The position numbers and the translations under genes are program-made. From Octopus sinensis (lineage: Eukaryota), in contig NC_043007.1 of the NCBI RefSeq assembly GCF_006345805.1, positions 186,001-250,000 of the forward strand: a stretch of 64,000 nucleotides of DNA, read 5' to 3'. A model generated the notes under the pieces. It was given only the letters and a program-made list of their open reading frames with translations. It ran no database searches and had not been told where the DNA came from. This document shows, piece after piece, positions 1 to 14,601 of this stretch. Numbering within the stretch: the stretch's first letter is position 1; every line of letters starts with the position of its first letter.

Positions 1-438
1 GCCATTCATGGAAAGACACAATGTACTATTTCACACTGCACTAAGTAGACCCGTTTCATATACGTAAGAATATCTGTTTATACTGGAAGCAGCATTCTTC
101 GACAAGCAATTCCAAGGCACGACAATAATGACATATCTTGATTCTTATTTCAGCTGAACGAGAATACATTTTTCTTGAAATTTGTATTTCGTGTTAATTA
201 GTAGTTGTCACAGTTAGCGACTTTGTCGTCAAGAAATATATAAGAGGCCGACTCGGTTAAATGTAGAAATCGTTGGCAATGAACAGCTTCTATCGGTAGA
301 GAACAAAAGTTGGTAGACACAAGAACTTGTATTGGTGTTCCAATAGCACATTAATAGAATGGAAAGATTATAAATTGCGGTAGTAGTTGCTTTGCGCATT
401 TCTCAATATGTTCACTAAAGGGTATCATTCTGTATTCT

Positions 439-672
439 TAAGGCGGCGAGCTGGCAGAAACGTTAGCACGCCGGGCGAAATGCGTATCCATATTTCGTCT
501 GCCGCTACGTTCTGAGTTCAAATTCCGCCGAGGTCGACTTTGCCTTTCATCCTTTCGGGGTCGATAAATAAAATACCAGTTATGCAATGGGGTCGATGTA
601 ATCGATTTAATCCGTTTGTCTGTCCTTGTTTGTCCCCTCTGTGTTTAGCCCCTCGTGGGTAGTAAAGAAATA
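439..672 (+). mobile_element. SINE family A, full length (tRNA-derived head, conserved central domain, non-polyA tail)
   Basis: A-box-like TGGCAGAAACG and B-box GAGTTCAAATTCC. Perfect 18-bp TSD ggtatcattctgtattct at 421-438 and 673-690. Over 15 related copies in the window. Confidence 0.9.
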
Positions 673-825
673 GGTATCATTCTGTATTCTGGGACAAAAG
701 CGGTTTCTTTCAAATGATGTAATGTTATCATTAATCAGTTAAAGGAGTCGCTTGACACTGCCGTAAGGAATCGACGTACATCTTCGTTATTCACTTATAT
801 TTTCTTCATCTACTTCGGAATCTTC

Positions 826-2486
<1,661 letters not shown>

Positions 2487-2902
2487 AATTAACATATAAC
2501 CATACATACATATACATACATACATGCATATATATATATATTTAATATTATATAATATTATATTATATTGTATTACGTAGCGCTAGGGATTATTCCGTTA
2601 AGGTTACATATTCATCCCTATGATGCTGCCAGCGTTGGTGTCAGGTCTATCCTCGTGATGTTTTTCAATAAATCTCTTCCCTTTGAATTCTTTACATGTA
2701 GGATGAAAAAAGAATTAAACTCGCTTAGCATGAGTTACAGTTGGGGATGGCTGGTGATCTGACGAGGGTGACCAAAACCAGATGGTGTCTCTTATACTAT
2801 CTTCTGCAGCAATATGGTCAATGGCATATAGAAACGCTACAAGCGTTTGTGTATGTATGTATATACATACATATACATATATATACATACATATACATAT
2901 AT

Positions 2903-3072
2903 ATATTTCTTTATTGCCTACAAGGGGCTAAACATAGAGGGCGACAAACAAGGATAGACGAAGGGATGAATTCGACTACATCGATCCCCAGTGCGTAATT
3001 GGTAATTATTTAGTCGACCCCGAAAGGTTGAAAGGCAAAGTCGACCTCGGCGGAATTTGAACTCAGAACGTA
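2903..3072 (-). mobile_element. SINE family A, 5'-truncated
   Basis: Reverse complement of the A body and tail (gtcgaccccgaaagg...ggcaaagtcgacctcggcggaatttgaactcagaacg). Confidence 0.85.
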
Positions 3073-3096
3073 TGTATATATACTACACACACACAC

Positions 3097-3172
<76 letters not shown>

Positions 3173-4118
3173 ATACTATATGTGTGTGTGTGTGTGTGTG
3201 TGTATGTATATATACATATATATATATATGTGTGTTTGTATGTGTGTATATATATATATATATATAACAACAATAATTATCACAGATTAATGACATAAGC
3301 ATCTTCTCTGAAGTTATAAAATTATTACAAGAAATTTATGCAAGATTTATGCTTCTAGCGGAAATTTGCAAGTAGATTTCTTAGACAGAAACTGAAAGAA
3401 GCCTATCGTATGCCTGTGTGTGTGTGTGAGCCTCTGTGTGTGTGTGAGAGAGAGTTTTTTGTTAGTATATGGAAAACTGGTTGTAAATACTGAATGAACT
3501 CTCATTAATCAAATCTCTAAACGCTTCAGATATTTTGTTCATTTCTTGACATGTCAGCTGCAATCTGTGGCGGCGCTTTTTTTATATTTTGTAGTATGCA
3601 ATCATTAATTAGAATATCGTTTCATTTTACTTAACAAGCTAAAACAACTCCGCAAATATGCATCTGTAACAAACGTCAGTTGCGTACGATCGCACAGTAT
3701 GACAATCATTGCTATTTATATTTCTCTAATGTTTTATCTTTATTTATTAATGAAGTTAATAGGCTATAATCAAAGTGATAGTAAAACCTTTAATCTTGAT
3801 TAGGTCTGTTGGTTAGAGTCTATATTTATACATTAAGTGACGTTTATATATTTAAAGGGAAAAAAGGACATTTTTCACAATTGGTAGATGCAAGGCCGTA
3901 GTTAAAGCTATTAAACAAGCCATAGAAAACTTCAAGTTAATTATTCGATAATACAATATTTCATAAATAATCCAGTTAACGATTGACGAATTGTGTCAAA
4001 ACTGTAGCGTAGATACATAGATACATATGTACATATAAACGTATATACACACATACATACATACATACATACATACATACATACATACATACATACATAC
4101 ATACATACATACATACAT

Positions 4119-4326
4119 AGTTAATCCAAACAAGAAAGCACAAAAAAACACAAGAACACGAGGACGTGGAACAAATAAAGTATTATTGGACACTCAGGAA
4201 AGAAGGAAAGAAGGAGGGTTTAACGTTTCGAGCGGAGCTCTTCGTCGGAAACATAGGAGAAGGAAAGATCCAGAGAAGGGAAGACAGAGGAAAAAAATCG
4301 CCAACGGTACACGCGCGGTCACATTT
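4119..4326 (-). mobile_element. Family D ~205-bp non-coding element with hammerhead-like motif (4218-4252)
   Basis: Same boundaries as the copies at 28501 and 52040. Minus strand reads GTTT CCGACGA A GAGC tcc GCTC GAAA CGTT AAAC. Embedded in (CATA)n. Confidence 0.8.
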
Positions 4327-4349
4327 ACATACATATATATATACATACA

Positions 4350-4383
<34 letters not shown>

Positions 4384-5076
4384 AACGGCATGTTTAGATG
4401 TCTGTTGCCATCTACACCCGTTAATGAATCTTCGTGAAAATTTGCATACGTGTTATAGTAACATCCTGTTTGTTACTTGGCTCATAGGAGTTTAATAAAA
4501 AATCTATAATTGGACGCCCACGGCCCATAGAAGGGGTCACGGTATAACCCATCTATTTATTCTTAACAGCCAAGCGTAAATAACCCATTCATTTTTCTTT
4601 ATTTTTTCTCTTTTGCGCACTGGTCACTTCTCCCTCCATCTATTAGACAAGCAATATCATCAGAGTGACCGGTTGCCAGTGGTTACGTTGTATAAATACG
4701 TGTGCGTTCTACATTACGAGGACTTTCTTACAAGAAGATGTCAGACAAAGTCAATGATTTTAATATCAACCTAACCCCTATCCTAAGTCAATACATAAAT
4801 TTAATGGCATTTCATAGACCTATCTAAGATCTTTCAGTTAAAACAAATTTGAGTAACATCTGACCTAACTAAGGTCTGTCTGAAAGGTAACAGGACTGGG
4901 TGTGCTGTGTGAACTATCAGGGAAAGAGGGATACACAGTTTGTGTTATCTTCTAACATTATTCGGTGAAAGTATATAACTGTAGTCTTTGCCTTCTGCAA
5001 CCATTGCATACCTTTCCACCTGCTTTTGTTTCCACATGCTCTTTCCTCCTCTTTTTCATGTGGTTCAGTACGAACG

Positions 5077-5296
5077 ATGAACACCGAGCAGTGAATAAAC
5101 TAGAAATTTTTGGTCCGGTTGGGAAAACTGTTACAAGCACTTGAAATGCTTCAGCAAGTGTAGGGAGACAGCATGATGACACGCACACGTGTTTTTTGAG
5201 TGGCACAAGATGTTCAAAGAGTGGCGCGAAGAGATGGAAGTTGACTCCAGGAGCTGGAGACCCTCAATGAACATGACTGAGGTCAACATAGCGAGG
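5077..5296 (+). pseudogene. Mariner-type transposase N-terminal (HTH) fragment, degenerate
   Basis: Manual translation MNTEQ*IN*KFLVRLGK..LEMLQQV*GDSMMTRTRVF/EWHKMFKEWREEMEVDSRSWRPS matches the mariner pattern VYG...VFEWHKRF.EGRE.VEDD.RSGRPS. Stops and one frameshift. Confidence 0.8.
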
Positions 5297-5368
5297 TGAA
5301 CATAGGGAGGTCAAGTCTCCAAGAGACCTTGCTGCCTTTGCTTTGCTCAGCGTGCATGAAGCTATGTA

Positions 5369-6235
5369 CAGTACCGTTCAAAAGTCTTCGGTCACATTAA
5401 ACTACTGTAAATTTCTACTAATTGCCAACTTGTAATTGGATGTTTCACATTGCGCTTTTTACAGATGAAACATTGGTCCCGTTGGAGTAATGTCCATACT
5501 TTTTCATTATATTTTGTAGTAAGGGTTCTGAATGAGAGAGGAATATGTGAGGCGACCACCAAAAGTGGCCGTGCAAAATTTTCGGCCACCTTACATAAAC
5601 CAATCATGATTCAGTGATTTAAAACAGAAAAATGTCTGCAATGAAAATTTATTACGTAATGTTCATTTCAAGAAGTTAATATACATTGTTAATATTTCGC
5701 GTAGCTTCCCTTAGCTTGAACCATTGCTGCAATGCAGCTGGGAGGAGATGCGTACAAATTCTTCACCATCTTCAAAGGTATGGAGTGCAATTTCTTGTGG
5801 CTGAGCTCTCACAACTCTTCCGGATTGCGTGGATTCTTCTGACGAAATCTGCTCTTTAGTTCTGTCCACATTTGCTCGCTGATATTTAAGTCAGGCCTCT
5901 CAGCTGCCCTATCTTCCAATACAGTAACCCCTTCATCAGCCAGACTCTGTTGTGTTGCACACGATCTGTGGCATGGAACTCCATCATGCTGAAAAATCTC
6001 ACCTTCATTCACGCCTGGTATTTAATTTTCCTTCTGCAACAGGATGTATTTGCCATATTCAAGTAAACGTTAATTTTAACCAAATTTCTTGAACCATCAG
6101 TCTTTATGTATCTCCAAAGCATCAAATTCTTAGTCCCAAACTTCACTGTATACGTCGTGGAACGTGGGTCGTTTCGTTTTCCTGGAGGCCTTCTGACAAA
6201 TTCTCGCTTATTAGAAATAATTTTGAACGGTACTG
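5369..6235 (-). mobile_element. Tc1-family internally deleted DNA transposon
   Basis: 15-bp TIR cagtaccgttcaaaa (5369-5383, 6221-6235) flanked by TA on both sides. Minus strand encodes FVRRPPGKR..TVKFG..LMLW and FQHDG.PCHRS...PDLNISEQMW (catalytic-domain remnant). Confidence 0.9.
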
Positions 6236-6344
6236 TATGTACGTGGGAGGTGTGTGTATATATATAGTTACTACGTAGAAAGATAATTCTCCTGTGGCCA
6301 GAAGAGAGAGTAGCCTGTGTTTCAGTTGAGATCCATCCGGAAGT

Positions 6345-6470
6345 TTTCTCGTCTTCTTCCTCTTTCTTTTCCTCACTTCATCTTCTGATTCTTCCTTTCT
6401 TTTTCTTCTTCTTCTTTTCTTCTTATTCTTCTTTTCTTCTTCTTCTTCCTCCGCCTCTTCTTCTTCTTAT

Positions 6471-6501
<31 letters not shown>

Positions 6502-7005
6502 TTCTTCTGCTTCCTCTTCTTCTTCTCTTTTCTTCTTCTTTTTTCTTCTTCTTCTCTTCTTCTCTTATTTTTCTTCTTATTCTTTTCTTCTCCTCTTCTT
6601 TCTTCTTCTTCTTCTTCTAGTATTATTTCTTCTTCTTCTTCTTTTCATCTCTCTTCTTCTTCCCTTCTGCGTTTTCTTCCTCTTCTCCTTCTCATCTCGC
6701 TTCTTCTTCTTCTTCGTTTCTTTCTTCTTCTTTTCCTTCTTTTTCTTCTTCTTCTTCTTCCCTTCTTCTTCTTCTTCCCGTCTTCTTTTTCTTCCTCTTC
6801 TCCTTCTCCTTCTTCTTCTTCTTCGTTTTCTTCTTCTTCTTCTTCTTCGTTTTTATTCTTCTTCGTTTTCTTATTCTTTCTTCTTCGTTTTCTTCTTTAT
6901 TCTTCTTCCATTACTCTTCTTCTTCTTCTTTTCTTCTTCTTATTATTATATTATTATAATTATTATTATTATTATTATTATATTATATTATTATTATTAT
7001 TAATA
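6345..7005. repeat. Degenerate (CTT)n low-complexity tract followed by (TTA)n
   Basis: Directly visible. Confidence 0.95.
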
Positions 7006-8251
7006 ATAGGAGCTGAAACTTTTCACCGGGTTACGTTCAACGAACCTCACTTTCTATGAGCCCTTCCGGAAAGTTTTCAATACCAGCACAAAAAAATCCT
7101 CTCTCTGTCTCTCCTCCCTTTTCCCCACCTCTCTCCCCCTCTCTTCACCTCATTATCTACCTCTCTGTTATCCCCATCGTCTTCTTATTTCTCAATAAAA
7201 AGTCCTAATACGGACATTCAGTAACTTCATTCATTTTAAATACCATACTTACACTCAGATAAATTGAGTTCGTAAAATTTTATTCTACTCGTCTCTCTAC
7301 ACAATCGACCGACATGCTTTAAATGGAATATAAAAGCAAAGTACCAAAGTACCAAAGAAAATAAAACCGCAAGTGGTTTTCTGCGCAACTAGCGAAAGTC
7401 GATATATTCATTTAATTATTTTCATAAACGTGATAAATTCGAGGTAATCTATTATCTTACGAATATTCATACGATCTATCATTAAGAAAGGCATAACGTC
7501 AACATAAATTTGATTAAATAAGTGCCTAATAATGTGTGATAATTACGATGTCTTGATTATTTCTTTTGGCATAACGCTACGTAAATTTAACACGGTTTCA
7601 ACACACAGAACGCTTTATGTTAGCTAATCTTACACTCTCCTCGCCGCCATTGAAAGTTCCTTCTTACTTCTCTTAGCTTATATTGTTTATTTGTTTCAGC
7701 CACTGCACTTCGGCTGTGCCTTGGCAACACCTTCAAAGGTTGCGGACGCGAACAAATCGATCCAAATATATATTCGTTTCTTTCGTAAGAATTCGTAATC
7801 ATTCTGTCGGTTTCTACCCCTACGCCAGCACACACATATATAGAACAGTATACACACACATGTCTCTAAGTAGATTTTTTCTCGCCCCTTATAAAACATC
7901 CAATATTCCTTAAATAGTCAGAACTTTATTCTCGGTCACAAAGAACATCTACACACCCTCACCCACATGAATGACCGCTGCCTGACCCGTTAAAATCTTC
8001 AGCCACCGGTTCTCAACATACACTGATAAACAGTTTTGCCATGGGCTCTTAGGAGCCTAGTTCGATTTGTTTGCCCGCCTCTGTCTGTTTTGTTTTTTCC
8101 AACGGATTTCCTATTTCTTCCTGAAGAGAAAGACACAATATGGTCCCATTATTCAATCGGATTTTGGTAAATTGTGCCTTTCGAAACACGTGTAGAATGA
8201 AATAAAACGATTTCTGTTCAATCTTCGTTCAGCTCCATTTCTTCAATTCAC

Positions 8252-8289
<38 letters not shown>

Positions 8290-8325
8290 ATATATCTATC
8301 TATATTATATATATAAATATTTATG

Positions 8326-8391
<66 letters not shown>

Positions 8392-8392
8392 G

Positions 8393-8424
<32 letters not shown>

Positions 8425-8529
8425 TGTGGTGTGTGTATTTATATATATGTATGTATATATACAATATATATAATATGTATTTATATGTATATGTATATAT
8501 ATCTATATGTATATGTGTGTGTCTGTATG

Positions 8530-8746
8530 TATGTGTTTGTGTATCTGCGTTTGTTCCAACTTCATTGCTTGACAACTGATGTTGGTGTGTTCGCGTCCCT
8601 GTAAGCTAGAGGTTCAGCAGAAGAGACCGTTAGAATAAGTACTAGGCTTACAAAGAATACGTCCTGGGGTCGATTTGCTCGACTAAAGACGGTGCCCCAT
8701 CATGGCCACAGTCAAATGACTGAAACAAGTAAAATAGTAAAAGAGT
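8530..8746 (+). mobile_element. SINE family B, 3' half
   Basis: cattgcttgacaactgatgttggtgtg...agaataagtactaggcttacaaagaat...cagtcaaatgactgaaacaagtaaaa matches the tails of full B copies. Confidence 0.85.
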
Positions 8747-9224
8747 ATATTGAAATCCTATTATTTCTGCAACTCTAGTCCATTGTTTAGCTTGTTATCA
8801 TAAAAACCTTTAACACAAAAAAAAAACTGTTATGACAATCTATAAATTTATGCATGAAATGAAAATTTATAAAACGTGGCATTTCTAAGTGTCCCACTAC
8901 TTAAGTGTGAAGCGTAGAAGGACAGTGGAACGGTTCTAATGAGCCATAAAATCGCGCCTGAAGAATTGTTAAATATAGGATCTGTATTTCCATTTATACA
9001 TTTAAACACAATCATTAAAATATATATGTGATAAAGAATATTAGGGGAAAAACCTGAAGTAGAGCATAAAATCATAAAGGATGTAATTAATGAGAAATAT
9101 AATGTTAGAACCGTAAATGGTTGTTTTAGAATAAAGGTGTAAAAAAATAAATAGATAGAATGACAAAGTGCAAGGGGCAGAACGTGAGACAGGTGGAGGG
9201 GTGGGAAGAGAGGGTGATAGATAG

Positions 9225-9755
9225 CTGGAGAGAGAGAGAGATTGAGAGACAGAGAGAGATTGAGAGACAGAGAGAGATTGAGAGACGGAGAGAGATTGAG
9301 AGACAGAGAGAGAGTAGGGTACATTAAGAGAAAAAGTGTGTAGAGGTAGGAATAAGCGAACACGTGATGTGGAATAGAGAGGAAATGAGCGTCAGGGAGA
9401 GTAATGAATATATTGGTAAGAAAAGACTCACATAGAGAGAGAAGGAGTGAGGAAGAGAAAGGGGGAGGAAGAGGGAGACAGACAGACAGACAGACATAGT
9501 ATGAAAGAAAAAGAGAGGGAGACGGAGAGACAAGAGAGGGTGAGAGAAAATGAAACAGCGTGATTTAGAGAAAGATAAAGAAAGAGAGAGAGAGGGGAGA
9601 CAGACAGACAGACATAGTATGAAAGAGGAAGAGAGGGAGACGTGGAGACTAGAGAAGGTAAGAGAAAAAGAAACAGCATGAGTTAGAGATAGATAAAGAG
9701 AGAGAGAGAGAGAGAGAGTAAGAGAGGGAGAGAGAGAGAGGGAGGGAGAGAGAGA
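9225..9755. repeat. AG-rich low complexity with short tandem units and a ~120-bp internal duplication
   Basis: gagagagattgagagaca repeated; ggagacagacagacagacatagtatgaaaga occurs twice. Confidence 0.85.
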
Positions 9756-10345
9756 ATTCTATGTATCGGAACCAGTTTTTTTTTTTGTTACTCAAAACTA
9801 GAACATTATGTAAAAAGCTGAAAGAAGTAGTTTAGTGAAATTAAAAATCGAATCGTATTTGATGAGTGAAGAACATTGAAAATGCTATTTTATAAAACTA
9901 TCTGTGAAATAGAAAAGCATTTCCTTTCTGTTTTTTTTACCAATATTTTGTTTATTTTCTCTTCGTGCTATTTTATTTTCCTTACACAGCATTCTACTTA
10001 ACCTTTTAAAGAATCTAGTTTTACTGTCTTTAGACAACATTAACATTATGTTGCAAGCGCAATCCAATACATTATAGGTTGCCAGACAACAACGATTCTC
10101 TTGTCTTGTTTCAGGTCAAAACAATTTGTTTGTTTCTTAAAAAGTATTTATCTATCCATCTATCACTTATCGCTACGTTTTTCCTTCCCCGTTCTTATCT
10201 CCCTTTCCCCAATCTATCCACACATCCACACACATCGTACACGCCTAAAAACGACACATCTATAACAATTACATTGTAGAAGAATCGATTTTAGTCTTTT
10301 CAGCGCACAAAAAAACACTGTTTAATTCACTGTTTTCATGTATTC

Positions 10346-10485
10346 ATATTCGTACTGTCAATTATGAAGTGCTGAAATGTTTCGTCGCACCTCTGAGAAG
10401 TGGATACTGACAAGATTCCTGTGTAGCTCATTGAACGATAGCTAAACGTAATACAATAATGGCATATATATGATATATATATATA

Positions 10486-10524
<39 letters not shown>

Positions 10525-10558
10525 TATATATTATATATGTATATATATATAATGTATA

Positions 10559-10603
<45 letters not shown>

Positions 10604-10616
10604 CATATATATATCC

Positions 10617-10647
<31 letters not shown>

Positions 10648-10791
10648 CTATATATATATATATATATATATATGCCATTATTGTATTACGTTAGCTATCT
10701 GTTCAATGAGCTACACAGGAATCTTGTCAGTATCCACTTCTCAGAGGTGCGACGAAACATTTCAGCACTTCATAATTGACAGTACGAATAT
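10346..10791. repeat. Near-perfect ~120-bp inverted repeat around a (TA)n core
   Basis: 10346-10466 is the reverse complement of 10671-10791 apart from two single-base indels. Confidence 0.95.
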
Positions 10792-10860
<69 letters not shown>

Positions 10861-11210
10861 CGTTTGGAGTGGTTTGCAAAGATTCTTTATATGAGTTCAT
10901 GTGTTGAAGCATATTCTGTTGTGTCTGGGGAGAATCATTTTCTTTTTGTGCTTTATAATGTAACACACTCGCTGGTAAAATTTCCATTTATTTCTCATTT
11001 TTATTTTCTTAAAATTTTCGTTGCTTCTTCCAACCTTTCCAATAGTCTTGACTCTTGAACGAGAGACAGGTGGAGTCAAGACTATTGAAAAGGTTGCAAG
11101 ACCGAATGAAAATTTTGGGAAAATAAAAATAAGAAATAAGTGGAAATTTTACCGGTGAGTGTGTTATAATATAAGGCACAAAAAGAAAATGACTCTCCCC
11201 AGACACAACA

Positions 11211-11211
<1 letters not shown>
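10861..11211. mobile_element. Family E, two copies head-to-head (10861-11055 and 11072-11211) forming a hairpin
   Basis: Arms are reverse complements over ~140 bp with a 16-bp spacer. The same family occurs at 23519 and 26200. (TA)n on both outer sides. Confidence 0.8.
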
Positions 11212-11255
<44 letters not shown>

Positions 11256-12919
11256 CACTACCGTCAGAAATTAATTAGCACCCTTGATTTGCTCTTCACT
11301 CAAGGTATTTGCTGTCACCTAGTGGCCATATCTCGAAATATTGCTTTGTTGTGAGTTCACTGTTGCGCAGAACGATGACGTAAACTTGTTTGCAGAGCAG
11401 TTTGAGAGTCTACAGCCTAATGATGTTGACATAGCAGTGCAACAACAACTTGGAGTGCGGATGCAGACAAATCTTTCTTGTTTAATAGATATAGGTAGCG
11501 CCTCGCAAGGACCGAAATCACACCGTACTAAGTTTTCTCATCGCGTGTAAGACGTTTTGAACAGCTCGTAGGTTAATTGATTTGTGTATTTGCAAGATTT
11601 TTTTCCTCACAAATTCTCCTACACTCTGCTTGATGATGTCACTTCCGGTTCAAAACTTTCTGTTATACATCAAATAAGGTGAGAAATTCTGCTTTCTTCT
11701 TTTTTGTTTAATGAATAAACTCATAGCAGTTTTGTTATAGCATAAACTTATTCAAATGAATAGTTTTAATGAAAATAACTGGTTTTTATCGTTCATTCCT
11801 AGATGGGCCCAATACCTCGCATGATCTTGGAGAGACGGTACGAGGCTCTCTCGTGGCGTGGGAAGCTGTCGGAGGCTGCAATAGCCAGAAAACTTGGTGT
11901 AGCCAGGCGCACAATTCAGTGCTTATTTAAGAAATACGAGGAAACCGGATCAGCAGCTGACAAAAAGGGTAGGGGACGGAAGAGGCTGACGACCCAGCGG
12001 GAGGACCGGATGCTGATCCGAAAGTTACTGTACAACCGAAGGGCAACGAGCCAGCAACTGGCGGAGGAGATGCAAAAGATGACAGGGAAGCAGTTGTCTA
12101 CAACTACCGTCAAGACCAGATTACTGGAAGCTGGTCTAAAATCCTGTAGGGCCGCCCATAAGCCGCTCCTTACAGCCCACAAGACATGGACTGTGCAGCA
12201 GTAGTGGACAGTGATGTTCACTGACGAGTCGCAATTCAGTCTCGTCAGTGACAAGCCTGTCCATGTGCGACACCGCAGGGGTGAGCGCTTCAACAAAGAC
12301 TGCATTGCTCCCACCATGAAGCATGGTGGGGGTGGTCTGATGGTGTGAGGGGCGTTCAGCTACAGTGGTGTTGGGCGGCTCTATGCCGTCGAAGGCAACA
12401 TCAACGCAGCAAAGTACGCTGAGATAGTACGGGATACCTCTTTGGTGGCGAGGAGTACGTGCTCCAGCAGGACAACGCGCCTTCCCACACAGCCAAGCTC
12501 ACAACCAGTTTCGTCAAGGACCATGGGGTGACGGTCATGGACTGGCCTGGCCAGTCACCTGACCTGAACCCTATTGAGAACCTCTGGAGTCGATTGGGTA
12601 GGGATTTGAATGTGCAGCAATACAGGAACCGACACAAGCTGTTTGGGGCACTTCTTGCTGCATGGAGGGCCATCCCTGCACAGTACCTGCAGGCACTCAT
12701 AGACAGCATGCCGACCCGCGTAGCAGCTGTCATTGCTGCCAAAGGAGGAGCAACAAGATATTGACTAAATTTCACGATTAATAACAATTATGTGGTGTGC
12801 TGGGATATGTTTTAATAAATTTTTGATTAAAAACGAGTTCGTTTCTGATAATAAGTTAATTAAATTAAGAAAATGTAAGAAAATGTAGAAATTTGAGAAG
12901 TGCTAATTAATTTCCGACG
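11256..12919 (+). mobile_element. Tc1 (DD34E) transposon, near full length
   Basis: Left TIR cactaccgtcagaaattaattagcac after TA. Right TIR remnant gtgctaattaatttccgacg (12900-12919) runs into (TA)n. Confidence 0.92.
11803..12764 (+). pseudogene. Tc1 transposase pseudogene
   Basis: HTH (AIARKLGVARRTI), GRGRKRLTT, FTDES, MKHGGGGLMV*G, QQDNAPSH...WPGQSPDLNPIENLW, AKGGATRY*. I count 34 residues between the second D and E. Two in-frame stops, an apparent in-frame deletion before HKTW, and a frameshift near 12440. Confidence 0.93.
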
Positions 12920-14095
12920 TATATATATATATACAGCCTTTAAACATTCTTTAAACGTATTTTTTCCTACATCGAAGACATATTTCTCGCTTAATGTTCT
13001 TCTAAAGACACTAATATTGATACTGCTTCTGCGGAAACCGAATCTTTTGGTTACTATTAACTTTATAAAACTCATGGTTCTACGCGCCTCTGTTAGCGAC
13101 AGACACATACTCCATCGCTTTCTAACCTTCAGTTTCAACCTCTGTCAAACCATCGCCGCTACTGCACATATTTCGTCGACAGACCATTGCAGGATATAAA
13201 AAGGCTGTAAACAAAACGACACCGTTTGACAAGCGGTGTGAGAGAGACATAAACACGAATTTGCGCACACATGTTTATACAACGTGCTTCTACAGAATTT
13301 CCATCACATGCAATGGTTGGCCCGGGACTATAAAAGAAGAAATTTGCTCACGGTGCTTTGCAGTGAGACCGAACTCAAAGCGTCGTGGTTGCGAAGCAAA
13401 CTTCTTAACTACCCATCCCTGTTCGTACTTATATTGGAAATTGTTGAAGTAGCGTATGTTAGATCACACACTTTATTTCTCTACGAATCGGATAAATTAG
13501 GATAGCAGCAAATATAATGTATAATATTTACTCCCTCATCATGCGCTCAGAACATTCCGTTGACTTTGTCAATGTAATGTTAGACAAGATAATAAGCAGG
13601 TATTATTTACAAACCTTGCTCTCTATTTGCGTTCCTGATATTCTTTGTAGTTTAGAAATTGACGACAAATGCATCCTATATCGAATCGTTTGAAGAGTAT
13701 TGATAAAGCTCATCGTTGCAAAAGTATTAACATGATATGGCTGTTTCCATTTGCGACGAGTTTGAAGGTTTATTTTGCAAATTAGCCATATTGTCCTTGT
13801 TCGTGAATACAGTTTTGTATTGCAGTCCTTTAAATGTGTTTAACGACGTTTATATTTTCCTTCTTAGAATAACAATGTAACGTGTGCATTTGTCTTTAGA
13901 AATTCATACAGTGAGTCACAGCAAAATCATTGTGTCAAATATCAAATATCACAGTAAAAATAAATAAATAAGCGAAAGAGAAAAAGAAATTGTGATTGGT
14001 GGTATTTCTTTTCCCCTGTGCCACGGACATGCAACACCCAAAGTATACACATATATGCATGTATGCCTACACGCACACACACACACATACATATA

Positions 14096-14126
<31 letters not shown>

Positions 14127-14207
14127 CATACATACATACATACATACATACATACATGCATACATACATACATACATACATACATACATACATGCATATA
14201 TATTACT

Positions 14208-14601
14208 CTTTTACTTTTTTACTTGTTTCAGTCATTTGACTAGGGCCATGCTGGAGCACCGCCGTTAGTCGAGCAAATCGAACCCAGGACTTATTCTTTG
14301 TAAGTCTAGTACTTATTCTATGGGTCTCTTTTGCCAAACCGCTTAGTTACGAGGACGTAAACACACCAACATGGGTTGGTGGGGGGACAAACACAGAAAC
14401 ACAAGCACACACACATATATATACATATACATGTATATACGATGGGCTTCTTTCCGTTTCCGTCTACCAAATCCACTCACAAGGCTTTGGTCGGCCCGAG
14501 GCTATAGTAGAAGACACTTGCCTAAGGTGCCATACAGTGGGACTGAACCCAAAACCATATAGTTGGTTAGCAAGCTACTTACCACACAGCCATTCTTGCG
14601 C
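14208..14601 (-). mobile_element. SINE family B, full length (tRNA head, CORE-like block, internal microsatellite)
   Basis: Minus-strand head ggctgtgtggtaagtagcttg...gggttcagtcccac, then accttaggcaagtgtcttctactatagcc. Tail ends gactgaaacaagtaaaaag. Confidence 0.88.

Noticed and set aside
8880-9140. Protein-looking plus-strand frame (KDSGTVLMSHKIAPEELLNIGSVFPF...)
   Set aside because: Interrupted by stops and I cannot assign a family; needs a translated search.
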